Assembly: GCF_006345805.1 (NCBI RefSeq)
Contig: NC_043012.1
Span: 57,102,001 to 57,166,000 of the forward strand
Length of the DNA: 64,000 nucleotides
Origin: Octopus sinensis
Lineage: Eukaryota
Reading direction: 5' to 3'
The notes under the pieces are model-generated. The model was not told the DNA's origin and did no database searches. It saw only the letters and a program-made list of their open reading frames with translations. The number at the start of each line of letters is the position of its first letter. Positions within the stretch are counted from its first letter, which is position 1. The position numbers and the translations under genes are program-made. Of the stretch, positions 1 to 64,000 are shown in pieces.

Positions 1-608
1 AAGTTTGCTTCGTAAGCATGTGGAATTGGTTTCCGTTTCAGCGTGTGGCACCTCAGGTAGGTGTCTTTTACCAGAGCCCCTGGACCAGCCAATAACTTGT
101 GGATGAATTTGGTACACAGAATCTGCATGGAAGACTGTCATATGTAAATGTGCATACGTGTATGTATGTGTGTGAGTGTTAGTGTATGTTTGTTCCCCCT
201 CACTTGACAACGAATGTTGGTTTGGTTATGTTCCCCTAGCTAAGTGATCTCAGCAAAAGAGATCAAGACTAAAAACCGTCTGACGGTAGAGCCCCAGCAT
301 GGCCACAGTACAATGACTGAAAGAAAGTAAAAGATAAAGATCCATGGTCATTTTATTGTAGTTTGTAAAAAATCTTCAGTACCAGAGATTACAGTATATT
401 TTGCAACCTTTTTTTTTGGCCTAAAAGAGGGTAGGATTTTACTTAAGGGATATTTAGCTGCTAACTTCACCAGATCGAGTAACTGAATAGTGGTGCTGAC
501 CCTTGACTGAAGTATCTTCTTTTCGATGTGGAGAGAAGAATTAACCATCAGGACGTATGAAATCAAAATGAGTTTGTCTAGATTAAAGTATTAAGTTACT
601 GCTCTTAC

Positions 609-61206
<60,598 letters not shown>

Positions 61207-61227
61207 CTGAAAGAGTAAAAACAATTA

Positions 61228-61260
<33 letters not shown>

Positions 61261-62594
61261 GTCATCACTCTTATGGTTCGCTTTTCCATGCTTGCATGGG
61301 TTGGATGGAGTTTATTGAGGCAGATAGATTTTCTACGGCTGGACGCCCTTCCTGTTGCTAACCCTCACCTGCTTCCAAGCACGGTATTATTTTTGCTCAT
61401 GACCAGAAATGCTCTTGTTGGATATTGGAACTGAATATCACAGCTTGTATGGCAGCGGGCAATCCTTTTGTAACCATCATGCAATGTCAAAACAAAGTGA
61501 CACAAGCACACACAAATACACACACACACACACACACACGTATATGCTGCACATGCAGTGGGATTGAACCTGAAAGTATTTGATTGTGAAGTAAACTTCT
61601 TAACAACACAGCCAAACTGGTCGAAAACTTTATGCTTGAACGAATCAAAATGTAATTTATTGATCATCAATTAAAGTCTACTTTTCCATGCTCGCATGGG
61701 TCAGAGCCTGTCCCCTACCTCTCTCTTGCTCCTCCACTCTCTCTCTCTCTCTATAATATATATAAAGGTGTGAAAGTGAGAATTACCATTCAGGATCACA
61801 ACTGATGAAGAATTAGGGATCCCCTGTTTCTTCTACATATACGTTTTTTTAATCTGTTATTGTCTATTTACAATGCATTTTTCATTTATATACCCTTTTA
61901 CTTGTTTCAGTCACTTGGCTGTGGCCGTGCTGGAGCACTGCCTTTAGTTGACGAATTAACACCCAAGGTGCCACACAGTGGGACTGAACCCAGAACTATG
62001 TGGTTGGGAAGCTGTTAAAATTTATATCGCAGAAGCATAACCAATTTATTGCAGATAAATTTTAACCCCCGAATCTTATATAGATCCCTAAGTTCCGCAC
62101 ATACCCTGGTTGGAGGCCACTGAATCAAACCCTTCAATGTGGTGCCCCTGACCAAAGAATGAGACGACTAAAAGAGCAAAGGAATATAACCTGACGACCT
62201 CCAATTCCTGTAATTCTGATCAAACTGAGAGCAGGCATGTCAAGGTTTTTTTAAAAATTTATTTCTATAGAAACATACATTTTTGTTTTATACACATCAT
62301 ATTCTATAAGTGCAAACTATTTTAGTTGACTTTCAGTGATCGTGATGCCAATCTGCATATGGTATTTCTGTCAAATATCATTCAAAATGTCAATGCCAGT
62401 CATTTTCCGGTTCTCCATCAACAAATGGTAAATGTATTGATTCATCTTTTCCATGTCGTATTTTTTGTTTTCTCTTTGTGTTTTTTTTTTTTTTTTAGTT
62501 ACGCTGATTGAGGATAGTCAGAACAGTCACTGGTTTTGCTGGAGATGGTCCCAGCATGGAGAACAACAATTACTGGACACAGAGTTTCAGAGAC

Positions 62595-63330
62595 CATGGG
62601 TCAGTTAATGTATTTGTATAGTTTTTAATCATATCTCTAACGATGTAATTTTTTGTTAATTCATCACCTATAGTCTTTAGGATAATATAATTAAATAGTC
62701 TGTCTTAATTAGATAAAGTATAATGCACACAGAGTTTCAATTATGTTTCATCCACATAAACATATATATTAACTAACGGTAGTCTCTTAAGTTTGAGAAA
62801 AAAACACATTCCAGCTAAGGCCACTCCAGCTGTTTCAAATAATATATCTAATCTATCTCTCTGGTTTAAGATAAAGCACGAGATTTGAGGATGATTTAGC
62901 TGGTATTTCTAGCACCCAAAGCAACTATGTGGATGTCTTCTTTGTTGCTTGTAAGTTCTTTTTATTGTAGTTTCCCTTAAGGTAGTGAGTTTGCAGCTTT
63001 GTTAGAGCGTCAGAAAAGTGCTTTGCATTATTTGCCCAAGTGGCTTATGTTCTGAGTTCAAATCCTGTTAGGGTCAACCTAATCTTTCGTCCTGTCAGGA
63101 ACCATAAAATAAAGTACCAGTCATATACTGGGGGATGATGTAATGACTATGCCTTTTCCCCTAAGATGAAACATAATTGATATCAGTAGTATTGGAACGC
63201 TGTATGCATTATACTTTAATTAAGACAGACTATTTAATTATATTATCCTAAAGACGATAGGTGATGAATTAACAAAAAAGTTCGTTAGAGACATGATTAA
63301 AAACTATACAAATTCATTAACTGACCCATG
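62595..63330. repeat. About 135-bp inverted duplication with a spacer of about 470 bp
   Basis: 62595-62732 versus the reverse complement of 63200-63330, about 90% identical by eye. Confidence 0.88.
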
Positions 63331-64000
63331 TGAAAGAGTTATAGCAGTTGCTGTTGTTGTTGTTATTGTTTGGTCCTAAGCCAGCTATGTAATTGAGAAG
63401 ATCAGTGATGAAAGACATTCCTACTGAGACCATTCCATCTGCTTCTTGTGTCTTCATAGTTTTTCATGCCCGAGAAAGGCAGATTTGCCACTTCTTGCTG
63501 AACACCCTGCAAGAATGAGTTGCTTATTGTTTGTACAGCATATAACCTCACCTGCTCCATGAAATCAGCAATACCTGTACAGGTACATGGTGTACCACAT
63601 GTTGATTGATAAAGTGATTTCAGAGCAACACAAGATAAAGTGTTTTGGTAAAAGAAACAATGCCCCAGGAACTGAACCCAAGATCTTGTGAACATTAGTG
63701 CAATACCCAAGCTACTAGGCCCCTTGGTCTTACACAAACACACATTCACATGTTACTCATATAACCTACACATTCTTATACTTTTCTTTTCTACTCTAGG
63801 CACAAGGCCCAAATTTTTGGGGAGGGGGCCAGATTAGATTGACCCCCAGTACACAACTGGTACTCTTTTTATCGACCCTGAAAGAATGAAAAGCAAAGTC
63901 GACCATCGCAGAATTTGAACTCAGAATGTAGAAACAGACGAAATACTGTTAAGCATTTTGCCTGGTGTGCTAATGTTTCTGTCAGCTCGCCACCTTTAAC

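Noticed and set aside
348-566. 72-aa minus-strand ORF just downstream of exon 15
   Set aside because: It does not encode the expected next plexin segment (DSPSNKLL...) and has no recognisable motif; the next exon must lie outside the window.
62326-62511. Short ORFs near 62300-62500
   Set aside because: The minus frame has a faint Tc1-like helix-turn-helix flavour (LLMENRKMTGIDIL) but is too short and broken to call.
63402-63749. 115-aa minus-strand ORF as a possible upstream plexin exon
   Set aside because: No IPT motif and no phase-2 donor that fits exon 1; its start lies in a SINE remnant.

Overview
AT-rich, repeat-dense eukaryotic genomic DNA. The SINE, RTE and microsatellite landscape looks like a coleoid cephalopod, probably Octopus; this is an inference from repeat style, not a database match. 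The whole window lies inside one minus-strand gene, a plexin (best fit invertebrate PlexinB-type). I reconstructed 15 GT-AG exons with matching phases (61206 to 609; 2206 nt, about 735 aa). They encode the last IPT/TIG domains, the transmembrane helix, and the split GAP domain with its RBD insert. The gene starts beyond 64000 and ends before position 1. The introns hold tRNA-headed SINEs, 3' ends of several RTE LINEs, a Penelope-like (GIY-YIG) fossil, a hAT/Buster fossil, a maT-type Tc1/mariner fossil, Helentron-like HINEs, MITEs, fold-backs and long (AAT)n/(TA)n tracts. The most notable unexplained signal is a set of type I hammerhead ribozyme motifs of the Penelope/retrozyme style. Three have intact catalytic cores (2112-2200, 5152-5219, 13005-13069) and several are decayed. 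They sit in unrelated small non-coding elements with tandem or inverted termini. Every intact core is antisense to the plexin transcript, and both sense-strand candidates have broken cores. All folding was done by eye and needs computational and experimental confirmation.
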